DNA from: Calditrichales bacterium
Lineage (GTDB): Bacteria > Calditrichota > Calditrichia > Calditrichales > J004
Direction: 5' to 3'
Length of the DNA stretch: 64,000 bases
Assembly: GCA_965267575.1 (NCBI GenBank)
Contig: OZ254086.1
Coordinates: 4,608,001 to 4,672,000, forward strand
The notes under the pieces were generated by a model that searched no databases, was not told the origin of the DNA, and saw nothing but the letters and a program-made list of their open reading frames with translations. Both the position numbers and the translations under genes were made by a program. Shown piece after piece: positions 18,879-28,972 of this stretch. Numbering within the stretch: the first letter of the stretch is position 1; the number at the start of each line of letters is the position of its first letter.

Positions 18879-20036
18879 TTAGCCGCTGCGTACAGCCAAA
18901 GCTGTGATGTCGTCGGATTGTTGAACACCTTCCGAGAAATGCCGGACCTCCACTATAAGCTGATCTATAAGTTTTGTCAGAGGCAATGAGTTAGATCGTG
19001 CCAGAAATTCTTTGATTTTTCTAACGGAAAATTCCGAGTGATTTTTATTAATAGCTTCGCTGATACCATCCGTATAAAAGAATAGCAGATCATGTTTATT
19101 CAATTCGATTTTATTGGAAGCATACCCGAAACCTTCCACAATTCCCAGTGCCACATTCTGCTTTGTTTCTAAATATCCGGCATTCCCGTTTCCTGTGACA
19201 ATAAAGGGAGGATTGTGCCCGGCATTGCAATATTCAAATTGCCCGGTTCCTACATCCAGAACCCCATAAATTAGCGTCACAAACATGGATCGTGGATTGT
19301 CCTGGCTCAACAGGTCGTTAACTTGACTAAGGCAACTTGCGGGGGATTCTCCTTTTGAGGCAACAGCCTTCACTAACGTACGGCTTATCGCCATAAATAG
19401 CGCCGCAGGCATGCCCTTTCCGGAAACATCCGCAATAACAATCCCTATTTTGTTTTCGTCTATTTTAAAAAAGTCATAGAAATCACCGCCAACTTCTTTA
19501 GCGGGAATCATGCGTGCATAAAGCTGGTATGGGCTGGCTTCAGGAAATATTTTAAAATCATTAGGAATAATAGATTGCTGAACGTCCTGAGCGACAAGCA
19601 GGTCTTTGCGTACCGTATTCAGCTCTTCTTTTATTTCTGCAGCCATTTTAAGATACCTGACTTCTTCAAGAGCCTTTTCCAAAGTGGTAGTTAAGTCTTC
19701 GAAATCTATTGGCTTGGTAACAAAATCGTAGGCACCTCTGTTCATCGCGGTGCGAATATTTTTCATATCCCCGTACGCGGAAACGATAACGGTTTTAGTC
19801 AAACCTCCGTTTTGTTTAATTTGTTTTAAAAAGGTAAGACCATCCATCCGCGGCATGTTGATGTCGGTAAGTGCCACATCGAAACCGCCCTTACCGTTGA
19901 TCATTTCGAGTGCCTGCAATCCGTCGCCGGCAAACGAAAACATATATTCATTATTTTTAATTTGTTTACGAAAGCGTTGAAGAATTAACCGTTCTAATTG
20001 CGGTTCATCATCAACCACTAAAATATTTGCAGGCAA
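18879..20036 (-). CDS. Response regulator receiver fused to SpoIIE/PP2C phosphatase
   Basis: ILVVDDE, TDINMPRMDG, KP; GGDFYD, ADVSGKG, YTDGISEA, DDITAL. Confidence 0.93.
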   Translation of the reverse strand: MPANILVVDDEPQLERLILQRFRKQIKNNEYMFSFAGDGLQALEMINGKGGFDVALTDINMPRMDGLTFLKQIKQNGGLTKTVIVSAYGDMKNIRTAMNRGAYDFVTKPIDFEDLTTTLEKALEEVRYLKMAAEIKEELNTVRKDLLVAQDVQQSIIPNDFKIFPEASPYQLYARMIPAKEVGGDFYDFFKIDENKIGIVIADVSGKGMPAALFMAISRTLVKAVASKGESPASCLSQVNDLLSQDNPRSMFVTLIYGVLDVGTGQFEYCNAGHNPPFIVTGNGNAGYLETKQNVALGIVEGFGYASNKIELNKHDLLFFYTDGISEAINKNHSEFSVRKIKEFLARSNSLPLTKLIDQLIVEVRHFSEGVQQSDDITALAVRSG

Positions 20037-20323
20037 AAGGTTTACTCCCTGTTGGAAAGGTGATATTTAACCAACCTCCGGCAAATACGCAATATCAAAA
20101 AATGGGTAGAAATCTTCAGGTAAAGAAAATCTGGAACAAAAAAGCAATGTCCAAACTACTCCCGACGTCTTCCTGCAGAACGCTTAGAAGTAAATATTTA
20201 CAACGTGTGCGAGGTTAAACAGGTTTTCTACAGCCTTGGCCAAAGCCGCCGAATAAACTTGCGATACACTAAATTATAGATATAACCACGGTAATATTAT
20301 TATTCTTACGTTGCCTAATTAAC

Positions 20324-20370
20324 AAAAAAAGGGTCTGCGACAGTTTTCTTAAAATCGTCGCAAACCCTTG
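20324..20370 (-). terminator. Intrinsic terminator downstream of the tRNA 3' fragment
   Basis: Minus strand AAGGGTTTGCGAC...GTCGCAGACCCTTTTTTT; homologous to 43328-43374. Confidence 0.7.
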
Positions 20371-20377
20371 TATTTAC

Positions 20378-20438
20378 TGGTACCGGAGGTGGGACTCGAA
20401 CCCCCACTCGGTATCACCCGAAACGGATTTTGAGTCCG
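20378..20438 (-). repeat. 3' fragment of tRNA-Leu(CAA); distal attachment site of the island
   Basis: 61 bp matching 43382-43442 with 2 mismatches; lacks the 5' acceptor strand and D-arm. Confidence 0.92.
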
Positions 20439-20550
20439 AAAGAAGCATTTTTCCCAAACTTTTCAAACCATTTCAAGCTATTGTTTATTATACACTTAAG
20501 ACATGTATTTATTTTTCGCAAAGTTACTCATTTTTGCCCAAAATTGCACT

Positions 20551-20574
20551 AAATGTTACCATTATGTTACCACT
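20551..20574. repeat. Putative integrase arm-type site (left)
   Basis: AAATGTTACCATTATGTTACCACT, identical to 43300-43323; contains tandem ATGTTACCA. Confidence 0.7.
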
Positions 20575-21076
20575 TGTAACGACGAATGGATGAGTGGCGC
20601 AGATATGTGTATTGTCTGATAGAGCTCATTTGTTGGTTTTTTAGTTCGCGTTCACCGTTTCATCAGGACAAATATCAAAAGCACCGCAGAAATCTCCCCG
20701 ATCTGTCCCCGGACTTCATTAAAAATTCATCCTCTCCTTTGGCCTCAACAAAAATGATATCTCTTTGCTGTGTATCCCGTGTTGGATGTATAGCTGCTTT
20801 TTTAGCAGGGAAAACCAGTCTCAAGAGTGATACCAAGTGTGGTGTCGGGACCACCCTGTGCTTCCGCGCTTACGTAATACAGAATAAGCACGAACCCAAT
20901 CGGTCCGATGACAGATCCGACTTCATTGCGACCCCTGCTAAGTTTTAGAACATAACCTTTTTCAAATGTGCAAACACGCGAAGGCCCGTGCAACGGCGTT
21001 CACGGCCTTTTCAAGCTGCTTACCAAAAGCGTTGGAAGAGGCACCCCGGGAACCCCCGGGGCGCTCGGAGACACCC

Positions 21077-22891
21077 TTATTTAAGTAAGACCAGTTTTTG
21101 GATGGTGCTGACTCCATCAACCGAAAGCGCGTAGAAATATAGGCCGCTGGCAAGATAGCCGGCGTCCCAGCTGACAGAGTGTTCACCTGCCTGGAGGGGT
21201 TTATCCAAAAGAATTGCGACCTTTTGTCCTAGGGTATTGTAGATAACGAGCTTTACGGCTGCCTGGCGATAGAGGCTAAACTGTATGCGTGTCACACTAT
21301 TAAAGGGGTTGGGGAATGTACCGGTATGGATACTGTTTCGTGCGCTAAGATGTTGTGGCTCACTATTCAGCTCCCCGGCAAATTCATGCCATCCTGCACA
21401 TGCCGGCCCGCCAAATGCGCCCATATCATTCCGTACGGTTCCCCTTGCCGGTAGTTGAGCAAAACCCGGTCTAAATGGACTTTCAGGATCATCATGCATT
21501 GCCAGCACGTTTCCTCCATCAACACATGGAGAAATGGCCGCCAGCATAAACGAGCTGTTATGCATCACAGGATCCGCGTCGATGTTACCGGTTCCCGGCC
21601 AACTCCCCTGTATATCGCAATACGATACGGAGACGCTCCCCCCATCAACCGAAATTTGCGGGTCAACAGGGGCGTGGTTTTGCCATAAAATGGAATTCAT
21701 TACGGTGGGTTTAGACTTGTGACTATAAAGGCCGCCGCCGGCTACTGTTGCTTTATTATCGGAGATCGTATTATTAACCACAAGTGGCCTACTTACCGTA
21801 TTCTCGATAGTGATATAAATACCGCCGCCCTTTGTCGCCTGGTTGTGTGAAAGAACATTATTTGTAATATTTGCATCTCCGTCCCAGATGGCTAAGGCCC
21901 CACCAAGGCAGGCTCCCGATCCTTCAAATGTATTATAAGATATTACGTTGTTTTTCAGTATAACCGTTTCGTTGGGAACGTCCAAAACAACACCTGCTCC
22001 ATAACTGTCATCAACGGCACTGCTTACAATATTATGAGAAACAATATTATTGCGAACCATAAAATTAAAGCCCCATATTTCCATACCACCTGCAATACCT
22101 CCAATGGACCCGCCGGTGGTTGAAATGGCCTTATTATTTGACACAATATTATCTGCAATTAAGACATGGCCGGCTTGAGCGTTAAGCGCGGTAAAACTGG
22201 ATAAACCACCACCGGAAGCTATACCGTCTTTGCAAAAAACGAGGTTATTTATGAATTCATTTTTATAGATACGCCCGGGCAAATAGTTGGATAAACCGCC
22301 CCCGTCTGCCATGGTCTCGCCATATACTTCATTTTCTCTGAAGATATTGTTTTCAACCACAAGAGGCAGAGGGAATTCAGGCGGAGCGCTGTCCAGGCCA
22401 CCACCAATACACCAGGGGCTGCCCTTAACAATGTTCTTTTCAATAATGTTATGGCTTATTTTCGCTCCCGACGCGAAGCAGATAATACCTCCACCAAGTC
22501 TCATTTCGGGAAATCCGGGTAGCTGCAATTTCATGCCGGTTCCGCCTGTAATCGTGAATCCACATAAGACTGAATTGCTATCCTCGCCGGAGATAAAAGA
22601 GACGACAGACGCAAAATCCGGATTACCGGGTTTACTACCGTCAATGATTGTCCTCTTTATATGCAGCTTATTTTGGTCCAATACAAAATGGCTGGCGACG
22701 GTTATCGCCTTGCCTAGAAAATTGATGTTTTCTAAATAGTGTCCTTCGGCAACTAGAATAAGATCTCCATCCGCTGAAACGTTAATGGCTTCCTGGATAG
22801 TTTTAAATTGTTGCGGCACCTGTAACGTTTTTCCAAACGCTTGCCCAAAAGTAAAGACTACCAGGCATAAGGTTAAAACAAGAGTTTTCAT
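21077..22891 (-). CDS. Secreted right-handed beta-helix protein with C-terminal sorting domain
   Basis: Signal peptide; TIQEAIN..GDLILVAEGHYLENINF; GGG-rich repeats; SPCVDGG; RNDMGAFGG; FPNPFN...KLVLLK. Confidence 0.88.
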   Translation of the reverse strand: MKTLVLTLCLVVFTFGQAFGKTLQVPQQFKTIQEAINVSADGDLILVAEGHYLENINFLGKAITVASHFVLDQNKLHIKRTIIDGSKPGNPDFASVVSFISGEDSNSVLCGFTITGGTGMKLQLPGFPEMRLGGGIICFASGAKISHNIIEKNIVKGSPWCIGGGLDSAPPEFPLPLVVENNIFRENEVYGETMADGGGLSNYLPGRIYKNEFINNLVFCKDGIASGGGLSSFTALNAQAGHVLIADNIVSNNKAISTTGGSIGGIAGGMEIWGFNFMVRNNIVSHNIVSSAVDDSYGAGVVLDVPNETVILKNNVISYNTFEGSGACLGGALAIWDGDANITNNVLSHNQATKGGGIYITIENTVSRPLVVNNTISDNKATVAGGGLYSHKSKPTVMNSILWQNHAPVDPQISVDGGSVSVSYCDIQGSWPGTGNIDADPVMHNSSFMLAAISPCVDGGNVLAMHDDPESPFRPGFAQLPARGTVRNDMGAFGGPACAGWHEFAGELNSEPQHLSARNSIHTGTFPNPFNSVTRIQFSLYRQAAVKLVIYNTLGQKVAILLDKPLQAGEHSVSWDAGYLASGLYFYALSVDGVSTIQKLVLLK

Positions 22892-23095
22892 GATGACCTC
22901 GCATTTTAATGAATATAGCCATCCATGTGTTTTATCCTTTGTGGGATTGTAAATCCTCCTTTCGGCGTTTTATAAACAATGCGGGGCCAGGGAGATTCTT
23001 GCTTTTTCAAGCAGGGCTATTTCTGCACTTTCCTATAATAACGCTCAAACGGTTGAAACAATAAAGAAAACCCAAGCCAGCTATCATGCCAAGGT

Positions 23096-25133
23096 TTATT
23101 TTATCAACACGAGTTTACGGGCCACGGAAAATCCATGTTCAGTTTGCATTTTATAGAGATATATGCCGCTGGCAAATCCTGCTGCATCCCATTCTACTGC
23201 ATATTGGCCCGCCGCTTGTTTTTTATTAACCAACGTAGCCACTTTTTGTCCGCGCAGATTGTAAATGCTTAAATCGATGTCGCTGGTAACGGATAACGAA
23301 TAATGAATTATGGTTGACGGATTGAAGGGGTTGGGGTAGTTTTAAGATTAGTCTGTATTTGGCTATGTTCGACTTTATTACTGTTATTCGGGAAATGGGG
23401 TTTATGTTTTGAAAAATTCCATTATAAATGGTTAGACAAAAGATTCTGCCTTGTGTGGCACAAAAAATTTCATCAGGACTTGTTTTCAGTCCTTCATTCG
23501 TAAACTGCTCCCAATTTTGACCAAGGTCTTTTGAATAAAAAATATCAAAGTTCTTGATAATAAAAATGTTATTATCTTCATCAACTGCAAGCGATTGAAT
23601 TGCGCTTTGCGAATCATGTATGCTAACCCATGTATGACCTGTGTCGTGCGAGATCTTTACATCCCGATTTTTTTTGCAAACGAATAAACCGGTTGGAGAT
23701 ATAATAACGTCGAAAACAGACTCTCCTATTAGTGAGTGCCGCCAATTATCACCCCCGTTTTCGGAGATGTATATGCCATCGTCCGATGCCACACCAATGG
23801 TATCATTAAGGGCAGATACCGCATAAAACTTTTCATCAGCTTTAGAAAAGACTTCTTCCCATTTCTCACCCTGATTCGTTGACCTAAATAATTTCCCTTT
23901 TTCACTACTAACGAAAATTTTACCGTTTCTGGATACGGCAATCGACGGGTAAAAATTTGTACCAGTGTCAAAAACTTCTATCCATTCGCCCTGTGCTTCA
24001 TTTTGTTTAAAGATCTCACCGTGTGATGTTACATAAAATATTTCACCAGTTGATAAAGCATTAGCATCGCTTCTGGAATAAAAGCCACGGGTACGAGTAT
24101 ATACTGACTCCCAGGATACTCCGTAATCCCTTGATATATGAACCCCGTTTCTGCTTGTTAGATAGAGATTAGCATTGACGTCCTCTTTAAATGATAGAGG
24201 AAATAAATTGGTAAGCAGTGTATTGTTTTCATCAAAGCTTTCAAAATCGGCGGTGTTATAAATCCCAAATCTTTCTGTGGCTAGCCAAAAGCTATTACCT
24301 TCGAATTCGGAAATTGAATTAATAATATATGGGAATTGCACGTCGTGCCATGTAGCACCATTGTCATTTGACTTGTGCAGCGTGGAGCCAGATGCATAAA
24401 TATATCCATCTGAAGCAAACAAAATATGAGTGATGTAATTATCTTTCAGTCCTCTGTACTCCCAGTCAGTAGCGTTCTGCCGTAAGCGCAAAAGCCCCTC
24501 GTAACGTACAAAGGCCCATAGAGAACCAAAACTATCTTCTGTTATGTATAAGATTTCCTTTTCTGAATGTCCCACATATTTCCAGCCCGCCTCCTTAATG
24601 TTTTTTTGAAAGATCCCGGAATCGGTTCGCACTACTATTCTACTTTTAGTGATTAGGATTTGGTCTACTGAAGCTTCCGCCAATAAAGAATCGTCTACGC
24701 TTTCCCAGCTATCGCCCAAATCGTCAGAAAAATATAACCCTTCTTTCGTGCCCGCCAATAATGTTTGATCTTGATTATTATATGTTACATCATACACGGG
24801 TGTCGGCGGTGGGGCACTTAAGCGTTCCCAATTCAGTCCATCATTATCCGATCGATAAATGCCAAAATTTGATGATGCTGTGAATAGATACTTATCAGGG
24901 CCAAGAGTAATGTTCAATATAGTTCTACCGCCACCCCTATAATTCCACGCCTGACTTTCATCTTGAAATCTATAAATCCCACCATCCGTAGCAGCTATAA
25001 TTTCGCCGCTATGGCTTTTAACGATTGCTTTGACGAGACCGGCATAGGGACCGTTATTATACCAGGATTGCGCATATGCGCCAATATCAAATCCAAGCAG
25101 AACAATGAAGGTCAGAATCAAACTTCTCTTCAT
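23096..25133 (-). pseudogene. Secreted BNR/Asp-box beta-propeller protein with frameshifted C-terminal sorting domain
   Basis: Track ORF 23226..25133 has SxDxGxxW repeats. Past ~23342 another frame reads NYPNPFNPSTIIHYSL...KVATLV...SGIYLYKM...RKLVLIK-stop (23096). Confidence 0.85.
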
Positions 25134-25136
25134 GGC

Positions 25137-28100
25137 TTATTTCACCAGCAGCATTTTTTTTACCTGTACAAATCCATCTGCCTGAAGACGGTAGTAATAA
25201 ACACCGCTGGAAAGACGGCTGCCGTCAAAGATTACTTTGTGGTACCCTGCTGGTTTGTACATATCTAATAGTGTCGCAACATTTTGGCCTAGCAAATTGT
25301 AAATCTTAAGGCTCACATTCCCTGCTTTAGGCAAAGCGAAACTTATTGAGGTAAATGGGTTAAAAGGATTCGGATAATTTTGCCCGAGAGCATACATTTT
25401 CGGTATTCCGTTATCCATCTCATCAAGATTAACTGGTTCTGGGGTATAAAGGGCGAAAGTATCGCTGCTTACAAAAGAATGCATATCGTCAGCCAAAACT
25501 GACCATGAGTATTTTGATTTATGTTCAAGAAATGTTGGACTCTCTATTAGATAAGTCGTATCAGAAATACCCGTAATAGTTGTATCAAAGCCGGCCTGAA
25601 ACAATCTCAGAGTGTACAATAAAGTGTCGCCGTCAACCTCTTTTGATTTGTACCAAACGAAAACAAGCGGCTGAACTACGCTTTCGAGCGTATCACCATC
25701 TGAGGGTAATAAAAGTAAAAAAGGGAATGGCTGGTCATCGACAGGTTTGATATTCACTAAAAAAGTATCGTTGGTCGCCAGACCGCCCGTATCCACAGCA
25801 GTCACTATAATGTGGCTTTGACCATAATAGTCCGTGTTGGTATGAACAATCAAAGAGTCACTATTAGTAAAAACCGAGATTTGCTCGTTTCCGGATACCG
25901 CACTATAAGATAGGTTGTCATTATCAGGATCGTTAAACACGCTGTCCAGATCCTGAACGACGACAAAGGGGCCACTGTCCTCATAAAAAGAAGTATCAGC
26001 AATTGCCTCGACAACAAAAGGTCGGTTATTTTCAAATACTTTTAGAATTTGGTTAGGAGAAATATCAGTTAAAAAATTTGTTCTGCCGCTTGGCCATATG
26101 ACTTTGATACTATCGATATAAGCGGCATCTCCGAGGCCAAACTCGACATTCAAGCTGTTTTGAGAGCTTTGACCACCCCCCGTTTGCGACGATACTTCTC
26201 TATATTGCCAAATAGATTTGCCGAAAATTGTTGCTTTTAAAAAAACCTTTGTCCCAATTGCGGACCGATTTGAATAGGATCCTTCGCAAAGGATATTTAC
26301 CCAATTATTATCATTGCCCTTATTTTCATACAAAATATTACGCGGCTCACCACCCAGATTACATACAAAAAGGTCAATATCACCATCGTTATCAAAATCT
26401 GCAGCTGAGGGACTGTAGGATGCACTGGAGTCTGACACAATATGTCCGGAGACTTCCTCTATGAAAGTACCGTCTCCAAGATTAAAATAGAGAATATTTG
26501 TATGGCGAGCAGTATCCAAATTTGCCGCATTCGAAACAAACAAATCAAGATCGCCGTCATTGTCAAAATCTGCCCAGCAGCTTCCACGTGAGTCTCCATG
26601 GTCATTTACAACAGGACCTGTCTCAACCTCATCAAAAGCTCCATTGCCCGTGTTCCTAAATAACGTATTGTTCGTAAATCGGGTAATAATAAGATCCTGG
26701 TCACCATCGTTATCATAATCTCCCCAACTTCCTCCCAGACCGTCTTTCTGGCTAACAGGGTTATCTATATCGACGTCGAACGTACCGTCACCATTGTTGA
26801 CGTAGATGCGGCTTCCTTCTTCGCCCAAATTTACAGTTAATAAATCGATATCACCGTCATTATCGTAATCTGCCCAAGAACAGCCTACCGTATAGAATGC
26901 GTCGTTAACGACAGGTCCATCATTTATTCTATCAAAGGATCCGTCTCCTGTATTTTTATATAGGAAGTTGTTGCCCGATGAAGCGTTTGCAACAAATAAA
27001 TCTAAATAACCATCATTATTATAATCTATCCATGAGCAGCCACTTGACGCACCACCGTCCTCCACAATTGAACCGGATATTATTTTGGTAAAGGTTCCGT
27101 TACCATTGTTTTTGTATAGGTTGTTGTTTTCGTTCTTTGTGTTTGAAACAAAAAGGTCAGGATAGCCATCATTATCATAGTCCCCCCAGCTGCATCCCTG
27201 TGAAAAATTAACATCTTGGACAAGACTACCGCTTGTAATTCGATTAAAGGTTCCGTCACCCTGGTTATTATAAAGAAAGTTCTTTTCAGCATCTTCTTCA
27301 CCAGTTACCCAGTTATAATAGTTGCTAACAAACAAATCCTGGTCGCCGTCATTGTCGTAATCGGCCCAGGCACTTCCCAGTGAGGCACCACCATCTGTGT
27401 ACATTGGAGAATCTTCTTTTTTGTCGAATATTACAAATGTACCTGAGCCTAGTAGCAGAACGGAGGCTGTTCCACCATTACTTTCGATTTCCACGGAGGC
27501 AAAGTTATACTCAACATTTTCTGGATGATATGAAATATCAATATCACGGGTCTCGGCGGGCTCAAGTGAGAAAGCCAATGTATCAACTATAAATTTTGTG
27601 GAATCTTTACCAGCCATAAATATGCTTGAGACTTCAAGTACACCGTCGCCGTCATTTGCGATAGTAGCTTTGCGAAGCGTAGTGGCACCTATCAAAGACT
27701 GTCCAAAATCAATTTCCAATGGAGATACAGTCAATATGGCTTTTTGCTGATTATAAAAGTAAGCCCCAATATCCGAAAAGGTATTATCTGGGTCGTATTC
27801 CAGATTTAAGTCTCCTGCATCAATACACTTGGATGTAGACTGGAGGTGGAAATCGCGATTAATCTCGTCCACAAATTGAGGATCAAAAAAGATATTTAAA
27901 TTAACGTCACATGAATCTCCGTTTAAATTCTTACGGCTTTTTTGCCCCAACCCTCCATCTATACCGGATAGAGCGGCTATTCCGTTATTAAAAAAATCGT
28001 TGTGCTTAACACTATCTATATCGACAAAACCATTGGCGTCTAATCCATATTCTATATTTCGTGAAAGTATATTTGTTGAAACGAAGGGATTTGACCGAAT

Positions 28101-28934
28101 TACATTAGTCTCATAGTAATATCCTGCCACCGTCCTGTTACAAATTATTCCGTTCATTCCATTGTTGTAAATCGTATTTTTATAAATCCTTGGGATCGTT
28201 TTTACAGTTATCCCTCGTGTAAAAGAACCGTTTGAGCCTGCCGATGAATAAGCATTACATTCAACACCGTTTTCACTATTTTCATAAATCATATTATTAT
28301 AAATTGTGGGTTGCGCGATTGTTGTATTAAATTCCGCGAATCCAGATCCGGTATAATATGCAGAAACAAGAATACCGCTTTTTTCGTTATTGTGAATAAT
28401 GTTGTCCTTAATTACAGGAGTACACTTTCTCGTCACGTTTTCAACGAAATCGCCCCCATGTTGCTTTGCTTCCACCAGAATACCGCTACCGGCACTGTTC
28501 CAAATCTCACAGCTTTGAATTGTTATTTTAGAGTTGTTATAAAAATATACGTTTGCCCCTGATTCATACCCTCCGTCTCTTATTATGCAATGGCTTAAAA
28601 TACATTCAAAATTGGCATTCTGTGAGAAATAGATATTCTTCCAGGATCCGGCACCGCCATCGCCATAGAAGATTATTTTATTAGCTTCAGTCCCTTCAGC
28701 TTTTAATAAACCCCTTATTGTAAAGGAATAGACACCAATAAAGTTTATTTCAACCCCTTCCGCAATTATGAGCGTTTCCCCATTCGGAACGTTTATATCG
28801 CCGGTTACATAGTAGGGATTTCCGGACGATGTCCAGGTTCCTGAGACGTCTCCAATAACGGTTGTTTGGCTTAAAGCCAGCTTAATGCTAAAAGCAAAAA
28901 TAGTAGCGATCTTAATTATATTTATTGACTTCAT
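25137..28934 (-). CDS. Secreted beta-helix + Ig-like + FG-GAP/CRTAC1 (ASPIC/UnbV) protein with sorting domain
   Basis: Repeated WADYDNDGDxDLFVSN; NRSAIGTKV, FGLG, VIWPSG; QNYPNPFNP. ATG 28934 has a GAGG RBS (track start 28967). Confidence 0.9.
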   Translation of the reverse strand: MKSINIIKIATIFAFSIKLALSQTTVIGDVSGTWTSSGNPYYVTGDINVPNGETLIIAEGVEINFIGVYSFTIRGLLKAEGTEANKIIFYGDGGAGSWKNIYFSQNANFECILSHCIIRDGGYESGANVYFYNNSKITIQSCEIWNSAGSGILVEAKQHGGDFVENVTRKCTPVIKDNIIHNNEKSGILVSAYYTGSGFAEFNTTIAQPTIYNNMIYENSENGVECNAYSSAGSNGSFTRGITVKTIPRIYKNTIYNNGMNGIICNRTVAGYYYETNVIRSNPFVSTNILSRNIEYGLDANGFVDIDSVKHNDFFNNGIAALSGIDGGLGQKSRKNLNGDSCDVNLNIFFDPQFVDEINRDFHLQSTSKCIDAGDLNLEYDPDNTFSDIGAYFYNQQKAILTVSPLEIDFGQSLIGATTLRKATIANDGDGVLEVSSIFMAGKDSTKFIVDTLAFSLEPAETRDIDISYHPENVEYNFASVEIESNGGTASVLLLGSGTFVIFDKKEDSPMYTDGGASLGSAWADYDNDGDQDLFVSNYYNWVTGEEDAEKNFLYNNQGDGTFNRITSGSLVQDVNFSQGCSWGDYDNDGYPDLFVSNTKNENNNLYKNNGNGTFTKIISGSIVEDGGASSGCSWIDYNNDGYLDLFVANASSGNNFLYKNTGDGSFDRINDGPVVNDAFYTVGCSWADYDNDGDIDLLTVNLGEEGSRIYVNNGDGTFDVDIDNPVSQKDGLGGSWGDYDNDGDQDLIITRFTNNTLFRNTGNGAFDEVETGPVVNDHGDSRGSCWADFDNDGDLDLFVSNAANLDTARHTNILYFNLGDGTFIEEVSGHIVSDSSASYSPSAADFDNDGDIDLFVCNLGGEPRNILYENKGNDNNWVNILCEGSYSNRSAIGTKVFLKATIFGKSIWQYREVSSQTGGGQSSQNSLNVEFGLGDAAYIDSIKVIWPSGRTNFLTDISPNQILKVFENNRPFVVEAIADTSFYEDSGPFVVVQDLDSVFNDPDNDNLSYSAVSGNEQISVFTNSDSLIVHTNTDYYGQSHIIVTAVDTGGLATNDTFLVNIKPVDDQPFPFLLLLPSDGDTLESVVQPLVFVWYKSKEVDGDTLLYTLRLFQAGFDTTITGISDTTYLIESPTFLEHKSKYSWSVLADDMHSFVSSDTFALYTPEPVNLDEMDNGIPKMYALGQNYPNPFNPFTSISFALPKAGNVSLKIYNLLGQNVATLLDMYKPAGYHKVIFDGSRLSSGVYYYRLQADGFVQVKKMLLVK

Positions 28935-28972
28935 TTGAGACCTCACGCAATATCGTTCTATTTGCACAAAGC

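Noticed and set aside
20378..20438. Second functional tRNA-Leu
   Set aside because: Lacks the 5' acceptor strand and D-arm.
20586..20993. ORFs 20586..20948 and 20802..20993 as an integrase or excisionase remnant
   Set aside because: No recombinase or HTH motif recognised in the frames read. The atctccccg/atctgtccccg pair at ~20691-20711 is too short to call.
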